Positions 39,024-46,629 of a DNA stretch of 64,000 bases are shown here, one piece after another. Under the pieces are notes generated by a model. It was not told the DNA's origin and ran no database searches. It saw only the letters and a program-made list of their open reading frames with translations. Source of the stretch: Armatimonadota bacterium. GTDB taxonomy: Bacteria; Armatimonadota; Fimbriimonadia; Fimbriimonadales; Fimbriimonadaceae. The translations under genes and the position numbers were made by a program. The stretch lies in assembly GCA_048498855.1 (NCBI GenBank), contig JBEHXE010000006.1:10074-74073 (forward strand). Direction: 5' to 3'. Each line of letters starts with the position of its first letter. The first letter of the stretch is position 1.

Positions 39024-40403
39024 TTGGCAGACTTTACCGCAGACCTAAATAAGATCGATGACGACCTGATGGAGAGGGCGTCATCGGTCGTTTATAGACA
39101 AGGGTGGCAGTCTCAAAGCGGTGTTATGCCCTATGGCGAGGCGATAGCCGTGCTAAAGAATATTATTGGAGAACTCAGAGACTATTCTGAAACCGAGACT
39201 CGCGATTCCATTCCAGTTATGGCGAGACAAACCATCAAGGCGTCGCTCGCCAACATTTATAATTCTCTTTACAATATTGAGAATGGAAATCAACATGTTC
39301 AGCAGTTGACTGAAGAGGTTGGACGGCTCCATCTAACCATTTGGCAGGGAGGTTTCCGGTATCGCGGCAAAAAAGTAGTAGGCTATGAAGCAAAGTATGC
39401 GCAAATCTCAAAGCTTGCAAAAGAAATCGAAGAAATCCAAGAAGGCAAGCATACAGCGGAAGAACAACTTGAAGAAGTTTCTAGGCTGAAGTCTGAGCTG
39501 GAAGTAATTGCCGCTGAAATACGTACGATTAAGTCTGGGATTGATGTCAAAAACTTGGAGCTTGCCAATCACTATGAAGAAGCCGAGAGTAGTCGTGACA
39601 ACATCCAGGATCAAGTGGCGAAGATCGGATCGTTAGTTAACGAAGCAACAGAGTCGGCAAGCGAAGCAGAAGCTAAAGCGCAATCCGCGACGACAAACGA
39701 GAAGCGCTTACAAGACTTTATAAAGCGTGTTGATTCCAGTGAAAAAAGACTCAGCGAGACGATAGAGAAATCTAACACAGGATTCTTAGAACTTTCAAAA
39801 TCTGTTCAGGAATTTAAAGATGACCAGACGACTGACCTCGAACAATTTATTGAGCGACTCAAAGCAATTGAGATCGACATAAACCAAAAGCTGAGCAAAG
39901 CAACAGGGGTAACGTTATTTCATTCCTTCGATCAAAGAAGTAAGAGAACATACGCTCATTGGATTTGGTTAGTGCTTGGACTTGGAATTTTTGCTGCCAC
40001 GGTCTACGTAATTCTAGGTGCAGTCAATGGCTTGAAAGGAAGTCCCGATGCGGCGTTCCTAATCAAACTGAGTTTGAGTCTTCCTGCCATTTTGATCATT
40101 GGATTCGCTCTCCAGCAATATAGTAAAGAACGTAGACTCAAAGAAGAGTACGCCTTCAAGTCAGCCATTTCGCTCTCGCTGGACCCATATCGAAAGCTTG
40201 TCGAGGAGGCAGTTGACGTATTGACGCCGGAGGAACGAGTCAGATTCGCAGACTTCCTCATTACTAGTATCTCTATAATTTTCGAATCTCCGACAGAAAA
40301 GGTATTCGGTGAAAAACGAGTGCGATATGCTGGTGACACCAAGATAATTTCTGGCTTTCTAGAAAATGTTAAGAAAGCATCTGACATAGTTAAACCACAT
40401 TGA
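39024..40403 (+). CDS. coiled-coil protein with C-terminal two-TM module, hypothetical
   Basis: 459-aa ORF that is clearly more AT-rich than nrdJ. The central part is E/K/Q-rich and helical. TM spans are WIWLVLGLGIFAATVYVILGAV and LIKLSLSLPAILIIGFAL. TTG start, with an alternative ATG at 39069. Confidence 0.65.
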   Translation: MADFTADLNKIDDDLMERASSVVYRQGWQSQSGVMPYGEAIAVLKNIIGELRDYSETETRDSIPVMARQTIKASLANIYNSLYNIENGNQHVQQLTEEVGRLHLTIWQGGFRYRGKKVVGYEAKYAQISKLAKEIEEIQEGKHTAEEQLEEVSRLKSELEVIAAEIRTIKSGIDVKNLELANHYEEAESSRDNIQDQVAKIGSLVNEATESASEAEAKAQSATTNEKRLQDFIKRVDSSEKRLSETIEKSNTGFLELSKSVQEFKDDQTTDLEQFIERLKAIEIDINQKLSKATGVTLFHSFDQRSKRTYAHWIWLVLGLGIFAATVYVILGAVNGLKGSPDAAFLIKLSLSLPAILIIGFALQQYSKERRLKEEYAFKSAISLSLDPYRKLVEEAVDVLTPEERVRFADFLITSISIIFESPTEKVFGEKRVRYAGDTKIISGFLENVKKASDIVKPH

Positions 40404-40408
40404 CTCTC

Positions 40409-40615
40409 GGCCAGCCACTTCGTGGGCCTGGTCAAACTAGTCGTGCCACTGGTTCCGACGTCTTCACGCCACCGCTTGCGCGGGACGTTGCAGAGACAAC
40501 GCTTGCGTGATGGGAGAAACCAGTGTTCATATTTGCGCTTCGCTTAGGGTCGCTGTTCAATTCGAATGTGATAGATCAGTGCAAGCCACCGCTCCGTGGA
40601 CTAATACAATTAACG
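40409..40615 (+). repeat. repeat A copy 1 with leader motif
   Basis: Leader GGCCAGCCACTTCGTGGGC... (40409-40), then A (40441-40615). This copy carries a 32-bp insertion (40470-40501) in the hairpin loop. Confidence 0.85.
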
Positions 40616-40711
40616 GCTAGCCACTGCGTGGGCGGGGCTAAACCTCCGAATAGTCGTGGCACTGGTTCCGACGTCTTCACGCTTGCATGATGGGAGAAAC
40701 CAGTGTTCTTA
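40616..40711 (+). repeat. repeat A copy 2 (5' hairpin module only) with leader motif
   Basis: Leader GCTAGCCACTGCGTGGGCGGGGCTAAACCTCCGAATAG, then A positions 1-58 (40654-40711). Similarity ends after CAGTGTTCTTA. Confidence 0.85.
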
Positions 40712-40827
40712 GATACGCAGCTAAGCACGAGTAATGACTGCGCTTGTTTGTCGTATATTTTGCCTAGATAAAGGTCCCCTGAAGTTAAACTTGAAGTCAT
40801 TGGCGCATACCATGCGCCTTGGTGGTA

Positions 40828-41127
40828 ATGGAAAGGCAAAAGAGAGTCATTGTTTGTGTTATTCTAATCCTTCATACCTTGTGCGGTCTCTGTTCCTGCG
40901 CGATACTCATTCAACTGGCAGTATCCACAGAAGTTATTTCGAGTCGCTCGCCTATTGTTTTTTCCTACCTGTTCTGCTCTCCTCTTGTCTTCTTGGGCCA
41001 ATGGGTTCCCGAAGGAAGCAAGTCGAGCGAATCTTCACTCCTAAAGATATCTGGTTTCAGTAATAAGGTGGCAGTAGCCGATACTTGCGTTCTAATTTTA
41101 GTCGCTTGGTTGCTTTTTCTGAAGTGA
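40828..41127 (+). CDS. possible small Cys-rich membrane protein
   Basis: MERQKR followed by three hydrophobic spans, within the AT-rich unique segment between A2 and A3. No RBS and no homology recognised. A competing ORF (40734-41063) lies in another frame. Confidence 0.25.
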   Translation: MERQKRVIVCVILILHTLCGLCSCAILIQLAVSTEVISSRSPIVFSYLFCSPLVFLGQWVPEGSKSSESSLLKISGFSNKVAVADTCVLILVAWLLFLK

Positions 41128-41137
41128 TCGAAATGGT

Positions 41138-41336
41138 GAGCCACTTCGTGGGCGGCTAGCCACTGCGTGGGCGGGGCTAAACCTCCGAATAGTCGTGGCA
41201 CTGGTTCCGACGCCTTCACGCTTACGTGATGGGAGAAACCAGTGTTCTTATTCACGCTTCGCTTAGGGGCGCTGTTCAATTCGAATGTGATAGATCAGTG
41301 CAAGCCGCCGCTCCGTGGACTAAGACAATTAACGAA
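41138..41336 (+). repeat. repeat A copy 3 with doubled leader motif
   Basis: GAGCCACTTCGTGGGC plus the 39-bp leader (41154-92), then full-length A (41193-41336). Confidence 0.85.
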
Positions 41337-41631
41337 CTTCATTACCACGGCTTCGCCCTTCGCTAAGTTAATACGCCCACTTCGGGGCTAAAGAGGTGAC
41401 GTCTTCTGGGAGTATTGGGCGTCTCGCCCAATTCCTAGTTGGTAATGTCTCTTAATTGGGGTCGCTCCGCTTCTTGGACTGGGGCAATGTCGCCTTTCTT
41501 CCAGGGCCTTCGCTTCGCTCCAAGCCTGGCGAGGCTTTGGGGCTAAAAAGGATTGAGCCCAGTGTGGAGTGCGTGGATTTATCCGCGCTTTGTCCTGCGA
41601 GATTTATCTCGCTGCCCTAAGAAACACTGGC
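41337..41631 (+). repeat. repeat B copy 1
   Basis: 295 bp, near-identical to 41827-42132. Contains several strong hairpins. Confidence 0.85.
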
Positions 41632-41666
41632 TCGCCACATCATTACAGGGTTAGCTTCTGATCTAA

Positions 41667-41826
41667 TCGTGGCACTGGTTCCGACGTCTTCACGCTTGCG
41701 TGATGAAAGAAACCAGTGTTCTTATTCGCGCTTCGCTTAGGGTCGCTGTTCGGTCCAAACGCGAAAGATCAACCCAAGCCACCGCTCCGTGGACTAAGAC
41801 TGTTGTGGACTAAGACTGTTAACGAA
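41667..41826 (+). repeat. repeat A copy 4
   Basis: Same ends as A1 and A3, but the central roughly 25 nt are replaced (CGGTCCAAACGCGAAAGATCAACCC). Also has an internal 16-bp tandem duplication (41789-41820). Confidence 0.85.
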
Positions 41827-42132
41827 TTTCATTACCTGGGCTTCGCCCTTCGCTAAGTTAATACGCCCACTTCGGGGCTAAAGAGGTGACGTCTTCTGGG
41901 AGTATTGGGCGTCTCGCCCAATTCCTAGTTGGTAATGTCTCTTAATTGGGGTCGCTCCGCTCCTTGGACTGGGGCAATGTCGCCTTTCTTCCAGGGCCTT
42001 CGCTTCGCTCCAACCCTGGCTAGGCTATCTCGCCCCGTTGGGGCAAAAGAGGATCGAGCCCAGTGTGGAGTGCGTGGATTTATCCGCGCTTTGTTCGGCG
42101 AGATTTATCTCGCTGCCCTAAGAAACACTGGC
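41827..42132 (+). repeat. repeat B copy 2
   Basis: 306 bp, about 95% identical to B1 by eye, plus an 11-bp insertion. Confidence 0.85.
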
Positions 42133-42246
42133 CCGAGGGGAGATATTTTGTGTGGCATGCTAAATCCCGCCGAAGTGCAATGAGCGAATCGGGACTAAGA
42201 ACGAGCTGGGGTTTGAGTATGGGAGCCAGTACTACCGCGCGGGTCG

Positions 42247-42343
42247 CGTGCGCTCCTCGGACTTGGGATGATGAACATGACGTTCCAGGGCCTTCGCTTT
42301 GCTCCAACCCTGGCTAGGCTACTCTCGCCAAGTTGGGGCTAAG
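42247..42343 (+). repeat. partial, diverged repeat B copy 3
   Basis: GCTCCTCGGACTTGGG...TTCCAGGGCCTTCGCTTTGCTCCAACCCTGGCTAGGCT aligns to the middle of B. Confidence 0.6.
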
Positions 42344-42393
42344 GGGCTAAGGGAGCGAAGAGTTGGGTTAACCGCTGCGTAGAGTGCGTCGTT

Positions 42394-42450
42394 CGTGTGG
42401 CACTGCCAGCAACCCTTTCTGCTTATGGAATGGTAGTTAGCAGTGTTTCC
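42394..42450 (+). repeat. diverged copy of the repeat A hairpin
   Basis: GTGTGGCACTGCCAGC...GCAGTGTTTCC. The stem CACTGC/GCAGTG replaces CACTGG/CCAGTG. Confidence 0.5.
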
Positions 42451-42562
42451 CTTGGTGCTATCGCTTTTTGCCGTTCCGCTCTTCCGGTTCAAGAAGGCCA
42501 ACGCCGAGATAGAATGGCAAAGCTCTCGGTTAATGAAATAAGAAAGCAGCGCCAAGGTCTCC

Positions 42563-42568
42563 TATAAT
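42563..42568 (+). promoter_or_regulatory. -10 box, leaderless configuration
   Basis: TATAAT lies 6 nt before the GTG at 42575. Confidence 0.35.
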
Positions 42569-42574
42569 GCAATC

Positions 42575-43093
42575 GTGACTGCTCGACAACCCTTGGCAAA
42601 GATTCCAATCAATCGATGCATTGCCTTGTTGATCTCGGGTCTGTGGTACGTCACCGCAATTCCCTCTGAAGCGGTCCACGCCGCTGTTTTTGTCGTGCTG
42701 CGTCGGCCCTTTGACATGGCAGGAGCATTGGTGTACGGCCATTCTACGGTTCAGGAAGCAAAAGACATGTTTCCCGCCAACGACTATTCAACCGAGTATC
42801 TTGGTCCTTTGGCGTTTATTGGACTGACGGTGGTCGTCCTTCTGAGTCTTTGGCTCTTACTACGGTCGCAAATGCGTTGGATGAGAAGTCGATTTTTGCT
42901 CACTCTGTTGAGAACGGGCGGGCTTGGGTTCGCAATCGCGATCCTGGTCACGTGCGCAAAATTGGAGATTGAATTAGGGCCGCCGCGCGTCGCCCAGTGG
43001 TTCATACTCACGCTTTTTCTGTTGCCGTTGTGGAGCCGTCGAAAGGTGGACGATAGCTCCGTACCCACCTCCCAAATGGCCTCGTTGCATTGA
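42575..43093 (+). CDS. membrane protein, hypothetical
   Basis: 172 aa with about four hydrophobic spans. Flanked on both sides by A/B repeat fragments. Confidence 0.5.
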   Translation: MTARQPLAKIPINRCIALLISGLWYVTAIPSEAVHAAVFVVLRRPFDMAGALVYGHSTVQEAKDMFPANDYSTEYLGPLAFIGLTVVVLLSLWLLLRSQMRWMRSRFLLTLLRTGGLGFAIAILVTCAKLEIELGPPRVAQWFILTLFLLPLWSRRKVDDSSVPTSQMASLH

Positions 43094-43126
43094 ATGAATC
43101 GCTTGAGTTCTCCAAGGCCTAGTAAA

Positions 43127-43168
43127 AACGCCCGCTTCGGGGCCCAAAGAGGGCTTGACGTCGGCGGG
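43127..43168 (+). repeat. fragment related to the 5' part of repeat B
   Basis: AACGCCCGCTTCGGGGCCCAAAGAGGGCTTGACGTCGGCGGGG compared with B ATACGCCCACTTCGGGGCTAAAGAGGTGACGTCTTCTGGG. Confidence 0.5.
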
Positions 43169-43211
43169 GAACAAGCCGAAGGTGAACTAGGGAGCCATTT
43201 CGGACTTCCCC

Positions 43212-43248
43212 GATGACCAAGTCAAAGGGGGAAACACTGTTCTACGCG
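43212..43248 (+). repeat. fragment related to the 3' arm of the repeat A hairpin
   Basis: GATGACC...GGGGGAAACACTGTTCTACGCG compared with A GATGGGAGAAACCAGTGTTCTTATTCGCG. Confidence 0.4.
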
Positions 43249-43258
43249 GCCAAATTTA

Positions 43259-43855
43259 CTAGAGATTGCTCAGTGGCCGAGCTTTGGGCTTGCCACAGCA
43301 CTTGACATACTGCTTCTGACTACCACATGGGCATCGCTCCCAGTTCCGAACGTCTCTCGACAAGATTCGCTGAGACATGGCTTCCATCTTCTTAATTTCT
43401 TCTTCGGGAATCGCGTCATCAGACCCGTACTGAATGCGGAGTCGATCGCGCCATTCACCCATCTTAAACATCACCCTTGCAAAGAGGCTATCGGAGAGGG
43501 CCATGCGCTTGCTCGCCACCGGACCGCCATCCTTCCAGATGCCCGCTTCTTCCAGGAACATGATCTGCGGATTTTCGTCTTCGCGCGGTGTGATGTCGAC
43601 CAATTCGCCGCTTGGCGACTTCCAAATCGCGACTGCTTCACCTTCGACGATGACGCCTTCTTGATACCAAATCGCCCAACCTTCGAGCGTCTCGCCACCA
43701 TCGGCCTTCACCTTTGCGTCAACGTTTGCCTTCCAATCGTTGACCTTCATCCCTTCTTCCGGCTTAATATCGACGATGACCGAGGTCGAATTCGGATTCA
43801 ACCGACGGCAGAAATCCTGAACAATCTCCTCTTGAACTTTGCTCATGCGAATCAT
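43259..43855 (-). CDS. SEC-C motif domain protein
   Basis: C-terminal CPCGSQKQYVKCCGKP zinc-binding SEC-C motif. The N-terminal roughly 170 aa are unassigned. Confidence 0.75.
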   Translation of the reverse strand: MIRMSKVQEEIVQDFCRRLNPNSTSVIVDIKPEEGMKVNDWKANVDAKVKADGGETLEGWAIWYQEGVIVEGEAVAIWKSPSGELVDITPREDENPQIMFLEEAGIWKDGGPVASKRMALSDSLFARVMFKMGEWRDRLRIQYGSDDAIPEEEIKKMEAMSQRILSRDVRNWERCPCGSQKQYVKCCGKPKARPLSNL

Positions 43856-44054
43856 GATGACAGATGTACCAAGAAAGGTTCAAAATTCTGTAGCCTTACT
43901 CAAGTCGAATGATTTGTTATGCGACTTGAGAAGGAGATGATCTCCGGGAGCATAGGTATCTCGCCTGTGTCATTTTGAGCTGAGGGAAGAAAGGTAATAA
44001 GTATTCGATCTGCCCGGAATACAAAAGTTTGTTGAAGTGTTATAACGATATTGA

Positions 44055-44489
44055 GTGACTAAGCGAACCGAAATTCAGAAATCGGCAGACCCGCTCCTGT
44101 TGGGAGTGGGAATGGTCGCGGCGGAATTTCTCAGGATTGCATTTGTCGGACGTACCTTTACCTATGTGATCGTCTCGCAATGTTGTCATCTCGCGGCGTT
44201 CTTGTTCGGAGTCACTCTCTTTCGCAGAACTTGGATTCGCGAGTGTTGGAGTGGGACCCGAACCTGGGCTGGTCTCTGGCTAACGTTTTCAGGCCTTTCA
44301 GGAATCTTCTTGACCCTTAGTTTGGCTTTCGCAAACTATGGTCCTCCGACTCGTGATGGCTACGCGATGATCATCACAATTGCTTATGGAGATCAATTTT
44401 TCTGGTTCTTTGGCGGAATCATTTTGACGATTCTGGGCATCGCCCTGATCGGCCGATCGCTTTATTTACGCACCTCAACACGCCTTTAG
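44055..44489 (+). CDS. membrane protein, hypothetical
   Basis: Four hydrophobic spans. GTG start 8 nt after TATAAC. Confidence 0.5.
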   Translation: MTKRTEIQKSADPLLLGVGMVAAEFLRIAFVGRTFTYVIVSQCCHLAAFLFGVTLFRRTWIRECWSGTRTWAGLWLTFSGLSGIFLTLSLAFANYGPPTRDGYAMIITIAYGDQFFWFFGGIILTILGIALIGRSLYLRTSTRL

Positions 44490-44500
44490 CGAACCTATGC

Positions 44501-44506
44501 TAGAAT
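44501..44506 (+). promoter_or_regulatory. -10 box, leaderless configuration
   Basis: TAGAAT lies 7 nt before the ATG at 44514. Confidence 0.4.
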
Positions 44507-44513
44507 TTCGGCA

Positions 44514-45107
44514 ATGCAAGTGACGGTGCCGGCTCAATTCGAAGACGAATATTGGTCAAATGATTTAGACCGGCGCGAGCACCTGTCCAAGATTGCGGCG
44601 ATCATGGCCGGCAACCGGACGCCTTTGCCCGACCAAGTCGAATTCTTGATCAAAAATGGTTGGTCGAGAGAGTTCTCCGAATGGGTTGTCGAAAAAGCTG
44701 AGCGTGCCGGAACTTATTTCTCGCTGCATTCGAAGGTTGGTGGAAAGGAGTACGACGAGTCGGTTCGCAACTACGAGATTTGGCGCGCGAGAAAGGCGTT
44801 CATGATGAGAAATGCCTGGATTAGTTTTGGGGTAATTATTCTGCTTGTCTTGATCCAATTTAGCAAAATTGCGAACGTGCCGCCATTTCTATTTACTGTC
44901 GCCATCCTTTGTTTGGGCGGTTCGTTGAGTGCCGCCAAAGGAACAGATGCAACTGGGAAGTTTGTCCCGCTCGCATTCTTGTTTCAAAGTGATCAAAACA
45001 CCATGTCGCCGCCTCAAAAGCCAGCGGATTATGATAAGCGAGTCGCTTGGGAGAAGCAATTACAACGCGAACTCGCTGAGCGGGCGAGCCAGCAAGCTGG
45101 AGTCTAG
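44514..45107 (+). CDS. membrane protein, hypothetical
   Basis: Soluble N-terminal roughly 95 aa, two TM spans, and a charged tail. Confidence 0.55.
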   Translation: MQVTVPAQFEDEYWSNDLDRREHLSKIAAIMAGNRTPLPDQVEFLIKNGWSREFSEWVVEKAERAGTYFSLHSKVGGKEYDESVRNYEIWRARKAFMMRNAWISFGVIILLVLIQFSKIANVPPFLFTVAILCLGGSLSAAKGTDATGKFVPLAFLFQSDQNTMSPPQKPADYDKRVAWEKQLQRELAERASQQAGV

Positions 45108-45147
45108 AACTGAGCGGTCGCGCTTGGCTTGTCCAAGAACCCTACAC

Positions 45148-45525
45148 TTACCTACCTTCCGATGAGAAGTATAGGTATTTAAAGGACCCTAGTTCCACAA
45201 TACCAACCCTCTCACCTTTGAGAAATGGTAGGAATCGGTTTCGGTACTGAAATTCTGACTCTCCCACAATGCTTGATCTGGCCATTCGAACATAGCCAGC
45301 CGAGACGAGAACTTGCTCGATTTTGACCTCATCGGAGTTCACAAAAAAATACTTAGGAGCGAATCGCCCCGAATCATCGACGGGACAGAACATGCCTTCT
45401 TCTCGAAGATGGATCCCAGCTTTAAGAATGATGTCCTTTGCCCTCGGGCGTCGGTTGAGACCCACTCCGAGGCATATCACCGCAAGCGCTACGGCAAAAA
45501 GTATAAGTCGATTCACTCTCATCAT
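45148..45525 (-). CDS. signal-anchored hypothetical protein
   Basis: N-terminal LILFAVALAVICLGVGL. No family recognised. Confidence 0.5.
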   Translation of the reverse strand: MMRVNRLILFAVALAVICLGVGLNRRPRAKDIILKAGIHLREEGMFCPVDDSGRFAPKYFFVNSDEVKIEQVLVSAGYVRMARSSIVGESEFQYRNRFLPFLKGERVGIVELGSFKYLYFSSEGR

Positions 45526-45629
45526 CTCATCCTTCTCAGTTTGCAGACTCGGCGCATCGTAGTTTAGCCTGACAAAGAAACGGACCGTACCAAATGGTAC
45601 AGCCCGTTTCGAATCGAGTCGAGATCGAC

Positions 45630-46268
45630 TTACTTTCGCTTGCGTCGCCGCAGAAGCGCGAGTGCGCCAAAGCCGAGAGCGGCCATCGAAGCCGGTTCTG
45701 GTACCGGATTCGACATCGTGTAATTCACATTGTCGAAGCCAACCCAGTCGAAGAAGTCGCCCGAGGTAATCACGAACTTGTTGATTCCCGTAAGTCCGGT
45801 CAGGCTGAGCGTCGTCTGTCCCGTTGTCGAGGCAATGGCGCTGCTGGCGACCGTGTTATCCGACGCGATCGCAAAGAGTCGAGTCGAGGAAGAAGTCGAA
45901 ATACCCGCAAAAGCCACCGAGATGTCGCTGACATTGCCGGTGAACAACAGCGTGACCGCCGCGTCGCCATCTTCGTTCAACCAGCCGTTGAACGATCGAA
46001 CGATGTTGCCGCTCACAGTTCCAGCCGGAGAACCAAGTCCACCAACATCCGAACCCGTCGAACTCACAATCGTGAGGTCGGTAGTCGTCGCGAAATTTCC
46101 GCTTGGAGCGGTAATGCCAGTCGCACCACCGATTCCCGAAGAGAACGTCACGTCGGAAAACTGATTCGAAAGAGTGGTTCCAGTCGAAAGACTCTCAAAA
46201 TCGATGAGAGTCGCAAATGAACTGCTTGTTAACGCTACCGCTGCGGTAGCGAGGAGTGCCCTATTCAT
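45630..46268 (-). CDS. PEP-CTERM sorting-domain protein
   Basis: Signal peptide MNRALLATAAVALTSSSFA, a Ser/Thr/Gly-rich body, and C-terminal VPEPASMAALGFGALALLRRRKRK. The track ORF starts at 46298. Confidence 0.8.
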   Translation of the reverse strand: MNRALLATAAVALTSSSFATLIDFESLSTGTTLSNQFSDVTFSSGIGGATGITAPSGNFATTTDLTIVSSTGSDVGGLGSPAGTVSGNIVRSFNGWLNEDGDAAVTLLFTGNVSDISVAFAGISTSSSTRLFAIASDNTVASSAIASTTGQTTLSLTGLTGINKFVITSGDFFDWVGFDNVNYTMSNPVPEPASMAALGFGALALLRRRKRK

Positions 46269-46617
46269 AAATACCCTAGTTCCAAGCATGAGCCACATCG
46301 CTCATACACTGGTGTTCATATCTTAACAAAAGCCTTTCACCTATTCAAGCTAATAGGACCGGTAAATATACTGAATTCTAACTACATGCTTATGGTGAGT
46401 GGTCAGAAATTGAACCTAAGTCATATAGAATTCTAATATGTTAAATCAAATAGTGACATAAGTACTTAATGCTAAAAGATTTTGGGTTGCTTGCTTTTAA
46501 CTTTTGGGATAGTCGGCGTCGCTATTGCGAATTTGACTGGGCAAAATGACCTATTCATTGTTTGCGACGATCGACTTAAGCCTTCCGCACGTGGGCAAAC
46601 GACGAGAATAAAGCGGC

Positions 46618-46623
46618 TAGACT
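46618..46623 (+). promoter_or_regulatory. -10 box, leaderless configuration
   Basis: TAGACT lies 6 nt before the ATG at 46630. Confidence 0.35.
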
Positions 46624-46629
46624 CCCTTC

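Noticed and set aside
40409-42450. Reading the repeat array as a CRISPR array or as integron attC sites (CALIN).
   Set aside because: The units are 150-300 bp and contiguous, without unique spacers of regular size, and no cas genes are present. The repeat ends lack the complementary RYYYAAC/GTTRRRY cores and terminal inverted symmetry of attC, and no intI gene is present.
40576-42555. Track ORFs inside the repeat array (40576-40839, 40965-41279, 41929-42183, 42063-42317, 42080-42307, 42319-42555).
   Set aside because: Their sequences are translations of repeats A and B in varying frames. Copies of the same repeat are not kept in the same frame. None has an RBS or a leaderless context.
43936-43977. 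A 13-codon mini-ORF after AAGGAG, downstream of a 9-bp-stem hairpin (43899-43930).
   Set aside because: The Shine-Dalgarno abuts the ATG with essentially no spacer, and the peptide has no features. The hairpin alone is unremarkable.
46379-46387. Inverted copy (TAACTACAT) of the 9-mer ATGTAGTTA duplicated at the nrdJ stop, near the far end of the candidate island, as possible terminal inverted repeats.
   Set aside because: The match is only 9 nt. With 4^9 = 262,144 possible 9-mers and about 128,000 positions on the two strands, roughly 0.5 chance matches are expected, and the similarity does not extend further.
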